NCBI GenBank assembly: GCA_964019335.1
Contig: OZ025664.1
Coordinates: 248,001-312,000, forward strand
Source: Diplonema japonicum
Lineage: Eukaryota > Protista > Euglenozoa: Diplonemea
Length of the DNA stretch: 64,000 bases
Direction of reading: 5' to 3'
Shown: positions 48,332 through 60,171 of the stretch, in pieces
Layout of the letters: every line of letters starts with the position of its first letter
How positions within the stretch are numbered: the stretch's first letter is position 1
Made by a program: the position numbers and the translations under genes
Notes under the pieces: generated by a model
Databases searched by the model: none
What the model saw: only the letters and a program-made list of their open reading frames with translations
What the model was told of the DNA's origin: nothing

Positions 48332-49617
48332 ATGAAAGAAGGCATGGGTGGGACGATGGTGTCACAGCCCAAAACATACAGCGACGGGTGGACCGCCTAC
48401 GAGTACGGCCAAGAAACACCGATTAGCTTACGGTCACCTAACAGCGACCAACCCCCCAGCTACCCCGGTGAACCCATAAGGTCCTTTGAAGAACGGCTTG
48501 AAAAGCAAGACTCGGATCTCCAAACAGTCCCCATGGGCAACACTCACAAGCTCCCAGAGCTGAACCTGGACATGCTCCAGAAATACACATCTCAGGGGAG
48601 TCTGCCTGTACAACCTCCTTACACGAAACGGCGATATTCTGTGAAAACTGTGGAGTTGAAGAAGGACGAGGATGGTTGTATTGGGATTACGTTCGACGGC
48701 CCCATCATCACAGAGGTGGAGAAGGGCTCCCCGGCCGAGGCGGCTGGGGTCGAACCGTGGCTTAGAATCATCAAAGTGAACAAAACTGTTGTTTGCGGGA
48801 ACATGGGGAGCAACGAGGTATTCTTTTTTTTTTTTTTTTTTTTAAACGTTCTTATTTTCCCCACAAACAGCTTCTACTCCTTCTCGAAAAGTCAGCATCT
48901 CCCCTCTCCATTTCCCTCTCTCCGCTTCACAATGTACAAAACGAAGATGTCACCAGTGAGTTCAACTGGACGGAAGGTGACGACAGTAGTATCAATCTGA
49001 ACCCTTCTTTCAACCTTTCCGCGCAGCAGGCTGTCTACAGCATTGTGGCGCTCATCTTTGTTCTGTCGCCTGTTTTGGTTTTACTCTTGGCACTTGTGGC
49101 CGCGGGCCCTCTTGCGTTGATTTTGGAATGGCCTTTTGTGGATGCATTCTGGGTGTGCTGCTCAGTTGTGGTGTCCCCTTTAGGCGGAGCTCCTGTTTTA
49201 AAAGAAGAAGAGCATGTTAATCTGGGTGGCAGGATTTACATTACTGTTCTTGCAGGATGGTGCGTGGGGGTGTTTGGTGTTATGCAGTTGCTTCTTGCTC
49301 CTGGGATCGAACCTATTTTTACATGGACTATAGAAATGCGGAACAAAATGGCTGAGAAGCCCCTCTCCCCACGCTCGCCTGTTGTAAGGGCGATGTCAGC
49401 CTGGCGGCTACGAAACCAGATTTCACCAAATTCTTCTTCGCCGAGGGCACTTAGTGGCAGAGTGCTCAGACGGCCAGCATCGCGTGCTTCACGATCCCCC
49501 TGGGGGCGGAGGTCTTCAATCTCTAGGTCGAGCCGCCCCCCTGACACCGCAAGGTCTTGTAGATCAACGAGATCTGTTAAATCACCGCAAAGTGCGGGAG
49601 AGGTGTGTTGTGTTCAT

Positions 49618-49658
<41 letters not shown>

Positions 49659-49734
49659 CCCTCACCCCCTCCCTTAGGACTACTACGAGGACGACAGCAC
49701 CATCGAAACCACAGCAACCGGTGATGCATTATGA
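48332..49734 (+). CDS. PDZ + 2-TM pore-like membrane protein; introns 48818-48870 and 49603-49677
   Basis: PDZ (IGITF..VEKGSPAEAAGV..IIKVN) followed by TM-pore helix-TM (EWPFVDAFWVC..GGRIYI); start uncertain. Confidence 0.65.
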
Positions 49735-50209
49735 TCGTTTTTTTTTTTGTTGCGAACCCTCTTCCCCCTTCCCTATGTTCCTCCATATGGTCAGCAATTT
49801 TTATTGTCCCTGGGTTGGGCTTTTTTTTTTCTTCCCCCCCTTCCTTTTTTTTTCCCTTCTTTTTTTTCTGTATGGATCTGGATGATTCTGTATGGAAAAA
49901 AAAGGGAATTTCTTTTAAAGATAAAAAGGAGGGGGGAAATTTAAAAAAAAAAAAAAGAATACTTGCAGGCAGGTGAAGCGGACCACCCCCTCCCTTTCAT
50001 TCCCACATTCCCTCCCCCATCCCCTCCCATGCACCCCAAACTCCATCCACCCATCAGATGAATTTATAAAAAAAAAAAAAAAACTTGTAGACCGTGGAAC
50101 AATCTTGGAGGAAAGAAAAAAAATGGCAGGAAACGAAAGGGGGGATTGGGTGTGACAAAAACACCACTCTTCAAAAGAAAATATGAAAGAAGAGGGGAGA
50201 AAAAAAAAG

Positions 50210-50250
<41 letters not shown>

Positions 50251-50552
50251 CTTCGTCCATCCCCCTATTTTCAACCAAAAAAGCACAGGCACGAAGGGGT
50301 CGGACCACTCTTTTCTCTGTGCAGTCGGTACTGCGCATTGTCTTTCAAAAATTTCGCACGTTCTGCTGGATGCGAATTTCGGCCTTCCGGTGTACCCCTT
50401 CAATCGCTTGGGTGCACCTATCGATCGTAACGCCACGGGTTCGATTTGAATGGCTTTGGTGCGTGTGCCTCGGTTGCGCCCATCAGTGATGTCGTCTTGT
50501 TTGCCTAAAATGTACACCCCATTAAAAGTGGGGGGAAAAAAAAAGGAAAACC

Positions 50553-51518
50553 ATGAGACGAGCCGTTCCCGTGCAGCTGGCATTGGGTGGCATTGGGGGT
50601 GTGGCGGCAGTGGCAGCCTGCGTGTATATAAAAAGAAGGCGATTGGGAGGGAAGATGGCGAAGAGCAGCACGACAAAGTCAAAGCAAGCATTATTGGATA
50701 TCGAAGCACTCCACATGAGCGCCCTCGCCACAGGAGAAGAGACTTACACAGACCCCGAGACCAAGTACACCGTCTTTACAGCATTGGCGCACAATCGACG
50801 AGGGTACTGCTGCGGAAGCAACTGCAGGCACTGCCCTTACGGCCACGCCAACGTGGGAAAACCTGAGAACATCCGCAGAGACCGACTGGAAGCAAAAGAA
50901 AAAAAAGCAAACCCAACAGTCAAGCCCCAAAAAGCCTCCGTCTATACCAGAACAGGCGATAAAGGTACATCTGGACTATTCTCAGGAGAACGGCGGCCGA
51001 AAGACGACCTTGTATTCGAGGCCCTTGGGGCTGTTGACGAATGCAACAGTATGGTAGGGATCTCGCTGGAATACTGCATGGAAAATGGTTTGAAAGAACA
51101 CCTTGAAAAGGTGCAGGGAAAGCTCATGGACGTCGGTTCGTACATTGCAACACCTAGAGACACCTCCGCCCCTGACAAGGTTAATTACACAAAATTCACC
51201 GAAAGTGAAGTCGAAGAAGTCGAAAAGCTCATTGATGACCTCAACTCAAGAATGCCAAAATGCCGTGCCTTCGTCCTTCCCACAGGAGGTCTTGCTGCCT
51301 CCCATCTTCACATGGCTCGCACTATATGTCGGAGATGTGAGCGTGTTATGGTGCGGCTCAACAAGGAACAGCCTCAAGGTGAAGTTGTAATGAAGTACAT
51401 TAACAGGCTCTCCGATTTGCTCTTTGTCATGGCAAGATACGCAGCCCACAAGGACGGTCGTGAAGATGTTTGGCGACCCGACCGCGGTTTGCCGAAACCG
51501 ACCAGTCTTAGACAGTGA
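50553..51518 (+). CDS. MMAB: ATP:cob(I)alamin adenosyltransferase (PduO/MMAB type) with an N-terminal Cys-rich DUF5522-like motif
   Basis: VYTRTGDKGTS, GAVDECNS, ARTICRRCER and YINRLSDLLF motifs; upstream YTDPET..RGYCCGSNCRHCPY. Confidence 0.92.
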   Translation: MRRAVPVQLALGGIGGVAAVAACVYIKRRRLGGKMAKSSTTKSKQALLDIEALHMSALATGEETYTDPETKYTVFTALAHNRRGYCCGSNCRHCPYGHANVGKPENIRRDRLEAKEKKANPTVKPQKASVYTRTGDKGTSGLFSGERRPKDDLVFEALGAVDECNSMVGISLEYCMENGLKEHLEKVQGKLMDVGSYIATPRDTSAPDKVNYTKFTESEVEEVEKLIDDLNSRMPKCRAFVLPTGGLAASHLHMARTICRRCERVMVRLNKEQPQGEVVMKYINRLSDLLFVMARYAAHKDGREDVWRPDRGLPKPTSLRQ

Positions 51519-51708
51519 ACACTCCCTTGCGCAACTGAAATTTTATCGAATTTTTCTTCCCTTTTTTTTTTTTTTTTCTAGGTCATTGAGTTCTTGAGGT
51601 TACTTTTTTTTTCATGTAAAAAAAAAAAAAAAGAAAAAAAATTTTGCTGCCCCCCCTACCTTCCAGTTCTGGGATTCTGGGAATAGTTTTCACTGAGGGC
51701 GCAAGTTG

Positions 51709-51745
<37 letters not shown>

Positions 51746-51975
51746 ACTCCTCTTTACTTTTTCTTTTTTTTTTTATCTTTCAAAGGAGAAAAAAAAAAAC
51801 TGTCTTCCAACCCCCCCGTTGCCGCTATTGCGCACAGAATTAAAAGAAAAGCCACAATAGTGTCTCCCTACCCTCCACTCTTCTTCACCCCTTTCTCTTT
51901 CCCCCCCTCCCGGGAAAAAAAAAAGCCTTTTCCATGATGTCCCCTTTTGGATGAGATAGTCTTTTTTTTTTTTAA

Positions 51976-53517
51976 CCATTAAACCCACATGTCATATATA
52001 TATGACATAAAAAAAAAAAAGAAAAAAAACTATAGGCCTTTTGGTCAAATTATGACCTTTCTTTCACTTTTCTGACGCCATTGCGCGATTTTTTCCACTT
52101 TGTTTGGCTAAATGCTGCCCTTTTTCAGCATTATTTTAAGAATTTGAGAGGTCGAAAATCCGGGAAGAAATGATTTGAGAATGAAGAATACTCGACTGGA
52201 GCAGAGGGCTGGTCGTGAGTGATGAAGAATGCTAAGAAATGTCAGAAAATGACAAAAGAGTCACGGAAGCCGAAATCCGAGCGTTTCTGGGCCTATGGGT
52301 GTTAATGGACCTCACCATCCGTCCCAACTTCCGTGACTACTGGAAAACCGATCCTGACTCCATTATGCATACTCAGGGGTTTGCACGCGTCATGTCCGGA
52401 AACCGGTTTGAGCTGTTCTTTGGAAACATATATCTGTGCAAGGACCCATCCCGGGACCCTGATCGAGATGAGATCAGCCCGGCATGACAAACTCTACAAG
52501 GCCCGCTGGCTGGTTGAAGCTGCGATGCAGCGTTGGGGAAAGGCCTCCCGGACTATCAAGGAACGGGGACAGGTAATGAAAAGGGGAAAGTTCCGTGTGT
52601 TCCAACGAAACAGGCCCGGCATGCACTTCTTTTTTGTGGCAGGGCGGAAAGCTTGTGCTTCTCCTGAGCGTACCCCCTTTCAAGCCAAAGATGACCGCCA
52701 CTCGTCAAAGATGGGTCGGCAAGGCAAAGAAAAAGTCCAGGGTCGCCTTTCCCATTCCAAAGGTCGTTGAAACCTACACCTCCCTTATGGGGGGTGTAGA
52801 TGGGAACGATGCTGCCACCCAACGCCACACAAAGTAGTCCAAAGCCGCCGGTGGCAGATGAACCTATTAAGGTTCCTGCTTGACAAAAGCCTCTTCAACT
52901 GCTGGGTACTTGCGAAGAGCGTCAATTCCCCCATCAATTTCAATGAACTGGAAGAATGCATCGCACACGGCCTCTGTAAATGCATGGGCAAAGAACCTGC
53001 ACCATCGAGACCACAAGACTCGAAAGATGTAAGGTTTGACCGCATCAAAGAGCATTTTCCTGCAAAAATTAGTATAATAGGTGCGTAGTCCATCATTGCA
53101 TGGGTCCCAGAAGGTCCTCTGGCTATGAATGTTCCACCTGTGGCAAGTGCCTCTATTCCACACCTTGCTTTTGGCTTTACCACCTGAACGGAGACATCAC
53201 CGAGGATGATCTTCAGGAGCCCGAAACACCGACAAGTACCGGAAACTCACTGATGGACCCCCGGACCCCCTCCACTGGCCAGAGAGGTGTGAAACGCAAG
53301 CTAAATCTGGGCTAGAATAGTGTCACAAGGGGTTTTTAGTGCATTTTATTATTATTTATTTTGCACTTTTTTCTACTCCTCTTCCCCCTAATGTCTCCAG
53401 AAGTCATTTCTCCATAAAAAGAACACTTTGTATGGTTAAATGCTGCCATTTTTTTGAATTTTTTGGAATAGCCTCAAAAATGGGCTTTTTTCGGTTTTTT
53501 GCCTGTGGGCTTAATGG
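51976..53517 (+). mobile_element. Internally deleted piggyBac element 2
   Basis: TIR CCATTAA(A/G)CCCACA flanked by TTAA; fragments EIRAFLGL..DYW..MSGNRF, YTSLMGGVD and C-terminal CSTCGKCLYSTPCFWLYH; stops and frameshifts. Confidence 0.9.
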
Positions 53518-53582
53518 TTAAATTTCTTTTTATGCTGTTCTGCGAAAATAACAACCAAACGTTGCCCCCTTTAGGCGCAGGC

Positions 53583-54914
<1,332 letters not shown>

Positions 54915-55120
54915 AAAATTTGGTTTAATTTCCCCTTTTTTTTCGTTTTTTTTTTCTTAGTTTTCTTTTGGTGGGTGTTGCTACTTCATAGTGAATTCTT
55001 TTTTTTCTTTCTTTCTTAGGTGTTGTCCCCCCTCTCCCCTTTTTTTTTAAAAAAAAAAAATCCACAATAACAAAAAAAAAAAGGAAAGAGGGTGGGGGAG
55101 GGGGCAGGAGAAGGTGCAAC

Positions 55121-55180
55121 ATGCTCGGCGAGATGCTTGACATAGTATGGAAAAAAGGAAAAAGGAGACTCAACAAAAAG

Positions 55181-55211
<31 letters not shown>

Positions 55212-55758
55212 ACAGCTTTTTGAAGTGTTACCAAGCGACAAGCAGCTGGCAGGGGTGAATTGTTTGAGGATATGCGCAAAGGTTCTAGGGGAAAAAAAAA
55301 AAAAAAAAAAAATCTAGGACACCGAACAACTTGCAAGAGATGAGGCGGCAATCACCATCCAGGCAAGGACTAGGGGGATTCAAGGGCGCAAAGCTGCAGG
55401 CAACAAACAAAAGCCTGAGAAATCGAATAATGTGGCGACGAAAAAAAAAGAGCCAAAAATAACAGCAGTGAAGCCCATGGAGGTGGCCGAGCCAATGCTG
55501 CACAGCATATGTGACGTTAGCAACGTCCTGCTCCGCGACTCGGATATAAAGACGCTTTTTGAGAAATATGACAAAGATAAAAACGGGTACCTCAGCAAGC
55601 AGGAGGTCACGGCTATCTATGCCTCATTCGAAGATTTCGGCTTGGACGACTCGGGTGCAAAGGTGGACAATATACTGGAGAGATATAACATGCTGGCGAA
55701 CGGAAAAGTAAGCTATGAGGAATTTGCAATCTTGATACTAAACCTCGCACAGCGGTAA
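55121..55758 (+). CDS. IQ-motif + EF-hand protein; introns 55145-55215 and 55282-55317
   Basis: AAITIQARTRGIQGRK (IQ motif), DKDKNGYLSKQE and a second EF-like loop; exons join in phase 0; start uncertain. Confidence 0.7.
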
Positions 55759-55875
55759 TCAGTGTACCGCCGCCCCCCCCCCCCCCCCCCCCCCCCCCAG
55801 AATATGAGTTTCCACTTATGTGTTATAAACGGTGTAGATAGTTAGTGTGTTTTTTTTTTTTTTTTTTTTTTTATA

Positions 55876-57218
55876 CCGGATTTGTACTTATATTGTTATG
55901 TGAAAAGTCCCAAATTGGGCAAAAAAAATTCGAAAAAGGTACATAATATTTACAGAACACCATTAAAACAGAACATAAAAATCACAAAAATAAAACAAAT
56001 CCCAGAAAATATCCCTAAAAATAAAAAATCCCAAGACAAAAGCAAAATACCCCCCAGCCGGGGAGGGGGGGTGGTATTACCGCAATTCTAGTTCACTATT
56101 GCCCAGTCCTGCACGTAAAGCACACCACATAGTCGCAGGACGGGCAGACCCTCCCGCGGGTGCTCATGTCATGCTCACCAGAGCATTCCGTGCACTACCA
56201 CACTGGTCTCTTTTCTAACCTGCTTGAGGGTTGCGCTGCAGTTGGGGCAGGGCACCCTCGTCACGTTGTTCGTTCGCTGGCTTGGGGTCACTTGGCTTGG
56301 TGCCGCTGCTTGGCTTGGGGCTGAGGCTTCTTGGTCAGGCATATCTTCTTCTTCTGCTTCTTCGTGAAGAAGGCGCATCAGAAATGGCCTCTGTGTCGAG
56401 GTGCCCAGCCTGCTGAACATCTCAGTGATCTCAATGTCCGGGTCTTCGGGTGCTGGTTCCGGGTCGACCGACAGTCCCAATGGCTCCAATGGATCAATCT
56501 CCATCGGGTCAACCCTGCATCTGCACCCAGCTTCTCGAACCAGCTCGACCTCGGAAGGCGGGGGCGGAGGGCCAGGCGAGGGCGCAGGAACGTCCTCAGT
56601 GGGCAGGGTCACGGATGCACCCGGGTGGGAGATCGTTAAAAAGGTAAGCGAACCCTGCCCGGATTGTTAGCTTGCGGTAAGCCTCGACACCCCAGGCAAG
56701 AACAAAAGGACGCATAATCTTTGTCCTTTTGTCAACCTCTAGCATTGCTGATTTTGCAATCTGTGAAGGTGTCGGGGCAGCAGGGGAGGCCACGGGGTTG
56801 GCAACAGAAGCAACGGGACCGACAACAGAAACCACAGGACCGGCAACAACAGAAGCTCCAGGCGCGGCAACAGGACTAACGGGAACAGAAGCCGGACCAA
56901 CAGCAGTAAGAAGGGCTTCTCTTCTGTGTCTTTTCCGCTCTTTCTTTATCTGGGCCTTCAGGGCGTCCGCGTACCTTGTTTTGAAAATGGAAACCAAAAA
57001 GTAGATCTTGTACACCACAAACGTGGCTTTGATTTTAGTGGGGCCTGTCCTGGGGGGGGGGGGGGGGGGGGGGCAGGCCAAAAACAATAAAAATAGTTTT
57101 TTTGTATTGTTCTGTAAAAAGTCCCAAGTTGGGTCCAAAATCCGAAAAAGGTACATTTATACAGTACACTAAATCCCCAGACCATTATTAAAACTGAACA
57201 ATATAAATACAAATCCGG
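55876..57218 (-). mobile_element. Non-autonomous Tc1/mariner(pogo)-like element carrying a decayed Cys-rich ORF
   Basis: TIR CCGGATTTGTAYTTATATTGTT flanked by TA; ~70-bp subterminal direct repeats; minus-strand CPNC..CTEC..CPSCDYVVCFTC broken by a stop and frameshift. Confidence 0.8.
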
Positions 57219-57330
57219 TATTATTCTTTCTCTCCTTTCAAAATAAAAACAAAAAACAAAAAACAAAAAGGCTTCTCATTTACACAAATAAAACAAAACA
57301 AAAAAAAGTAAAAGAAAAAAAGAGAGGAGA

Positions 57331-57531
57331 ATGGTTCAATACGCGCCGTTATCGGACTTTAAATCCGTGCAAGGAGACGTTGAGGCACAGAAGAAAGCCG
57401 TAGCGGACCTGAAGAAGAGCTTGGGGAAGGAGATGAAAAAGCTTAAGACGGAACTCACCACCAGCCTCGCGACCATGAATGCACTGCACCAACACAACAA
57501 GGAACGAATAATGTACGGGGCGGACTATTGA
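57331..57531 (+). CDS. Small coiled-coil protein (66 aa)
   Basis: Clean ATG-TGA ORF of coding composition between homopolymer spacers. Confidence 0.6.
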   Translation: MVQYAPLSDFKSVQGDVEAQKKAVADLKKSLGKEMKKLKTELTTSLATMNALHQHNKERIMYGADY

Positions 57532-57591
57532 CTTTTTTTTTTCTTTATTTTCTTTTTTTTTTTTTCGCTCAAAAATTTTCCACCCTCCAGG

Positions 57592-57625
<34 letters not shown>

Positions 57626-57671
57626 GAGAGAGAGGGAAAAAAAAAAAAATTATGCAAATATCGTGAACACA

Positions 57672-58079
57672 ATGGACATGCAACACAACGGAAATAACAT
57701 GGAAATGATGTCGATGCAGATGTACTTCACTTGGGGGTATGACGTGATAATTTTGTTCAAAGACTGGTCCACTCAGGGACCGTATCAGTACTATTTTTCG
57801 TGTGTAGTAGTGGCACTCATGGGGATTGTTTCTCAGTACTTGAAGGTTATACTGGAAGCGTCTATCCCAGCAACGCGGCCCACTTCGGTCAATAAGCTAG
57901 CCCACACCCTTATTTACGGCTTAGTGATTACTATTTCCTACTTGCTCATGCTGGTATCGATGACTTATAACGTAGGCCTCTTCGCCGCCGTCATCATCGG
58001 CCACATGATTGGTTTCTACATGAGTCTGTCTGGGAGAGCTGCTGCCCCATCACCTACAGCAGGATGTATTCATTTCTAA
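57672..58079 (+). CDS. Ctr-family copper transporter
   Basis: Met-rich N-terminus, MYFTWG..ILFKDW, MxxxM (MLVSMTYN) and GxxxG motifs. Confidence 0.92.
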   Translation: MDMQHNGNNMEMMSMQMYFTWGYDVIILFKDWSTQGPYQYYFSCVVVALMGIVSQYLKVILEASIPATRPTSVNKLAHTLIYGLVITISYLLMLVSMTYNVGLFAAVIIGHMIGFYMSLSGRAAAPSPTAGCIHF

Positions 58080-58147
58080 ACGGATAAATTGGAGGGTGGG
58101 GGGGGGAAAAAAATGGGGAAATGTCATTTTTTTTCGCTTATTTTATA

Positions 58148-58188
58148 GGCGATCCTGTCACATACTGCAGGTTTCCTTCAAAGGCATC
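58148..58188 (+). repeat. Dispersed hairpin motif, copy D
   Basis: GGCGATCCTGTCACATACTGCAGGTTTCCTTCAAAGGCATC. Confidence 0.8.
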
Positions 58189-58532
58189 TTTTTATTTTAA
58201 TTTTTTTTTTTTCGAAAAAAAGTTTTTTTTTAAAAAAAAAAAAAAGCAGGACAATTCTCACCATAACAACACATACACTTTTCTTTTTTTTTTTTTTTTA
58301 AAAAAGTTTTACACTTTGTACAAAAAAAAAATTTAAAAAAAAAAGGGGGGGTGGTTGTTGTTGTAGATTGTTGTTAACAAATATCTTCCTGCGGGAAAAG
58401 ATCTTTTTTTTTGGGGGGGGGATACAGAAAAAAAAAAAAAAAAAGTGTTTTCAAAAAAAAAAATATTATTGGTCCTCCGTTCATAAGCACCCTAATTTCA
58501 AAAGGCGGGAGGAGGCGGGGGGAGGCAGGGAG

Positions 58533-58564
<32 letters not shown>

Positions 58565-59185
58565 ATGGGACTTAAAGCAGTGGACGATCTTCCTGAGTTT
58601 GTACGGTTTTCGCTAAGTGGTTTCTTAGGGACCCTGTTGGACTACATCGCATACAAAATTATATATGATTCAGGGGTGTTCACAGTCTTCCGGGCTACAC
58701 TGAGCTGGGCCACTGCGTACGGCCTAAGCGTGGTCTGGCAACATGCTCTTCATGCATTTTTCGTGTTTGGAGGCTTCGGACACATGGGCTACTTCAAGAG
58801 TTTGCTCACAATGTATATCGCCTATTCCGCAAGTATAGTTTTTTCCCCGGTGATAAATTGGCTCCTGGTAGAGTATGGGAAATTTGAGCATCAGCAGTCT
58901 TTTGTTGCAACTTTGATGATAACAGGTATTTTTGAAGAAGGGGAAAAAAAAAAAAAAAAAGGTATTGCAAACTATGTGTTGCTCTCAAGGTCCATGACCT
59001 CCAGCTCCTCACCTGCGCTTGTCATACTCTCTGGAGGTATCCCTTTGAACGACGTGCTTAGTCAACGGAAGAGCACCCCCCTCCCACGTCACGACTCTGC
59101 CGAAAGAGTACCATCAGCAAAAAACCACACCACTGTGGTCATAGGGGCGCAACAGCAATCGAAGACAGCATGCTGTGTGTCGTGA
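58565..59185 (+). CDS. GtrA-like membrane protein; in-frame intron 58926-58961
   Basis: FVRFSLSGFLGTLLD..LHAFFVF..NYVL pattern; 4 TM segments. Confidence 0.7.
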   Translation: MGLKAVDDLPEFVRFSLSGFLGTLLDYIAYKIIYDSGVFTVFRATLSWATAYGLSVVWQHALHAFFVFGGFGHMGYFKSLLTMYIAYSASIVFSPVINWLLVEYGKFEHQQSFVATLMITGIFEEGEKKKKKGIANYVLLSRSMTSSSSPALVILSGGIPLNDVLSQRKSTPLPRHDSAERVPSAKNHTTVVIGAQQQSKTACCVS

Positions 59186-59343
59186 AAAAAAAAAACACCC
59201 CCCTAACTTCCTTCTTTTTTTTTTTTTATAAATAGATTTTTTTTTCCTCCTATATTTTTTGAGCCCAAAAGAAGAAGAAAAGGGGGGGGGGGGGAAGCCC
59301 GACTCTCCTCTTCAGCTTTTTTTTCCCCCCTCTTTTTTTTTAA

Positions 59344-59653
59344 GGTGGTGGGGATAACATGGAAATATAAGAAAAAGATCAGATGTGTTGTTCGCTGTTG
59401 ACCTCCTCGTCGGTCATCACCGGTAGCGCCCGAGTGGAAGAACATAATGCAGATGCTCAGGGTGACGAACAGGCAGCAAACTGCACGAGCGCAGAATCTT
59501 GGTTACCCGGGACGCACCGGCTGGGGTTGAGCTGTACACCGCACGCATTAAGGACACGACGCGGAACGCAGAAGAAGCTACAACTCGGCCGCGGTGCGCC
59601 CCCTGTAATCAAGTAGACAGTTCTTGTGCAGGGCGCCGCCAACACCGGCCTCC
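59344..59653. repeat. ~310-bp dispersed element, copy 2
   Basis: Near-identical to 32175-32481. Confidence 0.9.
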
Positions 59654-60171
59654 TTTAACTCATATATTTTTTTTTTCTTCTTCTTTCTTTTAGCGAACTT
59701 ATCGGGGCCTGACATTCGAGCAAAAAAACAAAACAAAAAAAATTATATTTATAAAACGATTTCTTTTTTTTGAGACTTGGGGTAAGTAGGTCAGTTCCGT
59801 CATTTTATGGGTTACAATAAAAAAAAAGAAAGAAAAAAAAAAAAAAGCATCAGGTGCGAATATGGCGACCAATTTAATGTTTCTGCCCCTCGAGGCTACA
59901 CCTTGTTTTTTTTTTTTGTTTTTTTTTTTGTTGGTGGGAGGATTTCGGTGACGAAGGGATTCAGTCATTACTCTTGAGAAGGGTACAAAGAATAAAAAAA
60001 GGGGGGGGGGATTCTAAGGAAAAAAATATTTTCGTTCATTTTCTTCTGTGTATTTTTTTTTTATTGCCCATTTTTCTTTTCTCCTATCCTTTATATTCCC
60101 TTTTTATATCGCCCTCTAAAAAAATAATAATAAAATTACAACAAAAAGGGAAGGAGAAAAAAAAAAAAGAA

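Noticed and set aside
50287-50470. Canonical cobalamin riboswitch
   Set aside because: The conserved core motifs are absent; kept only as an unclassified structure
53499-53582. N-terminal extension of the polyQ ORF
   Set aside because: The non-ATG start lies inside the piggyBac right end; the first ATG outside the element with coding context was preferred, though the start remains uncertain
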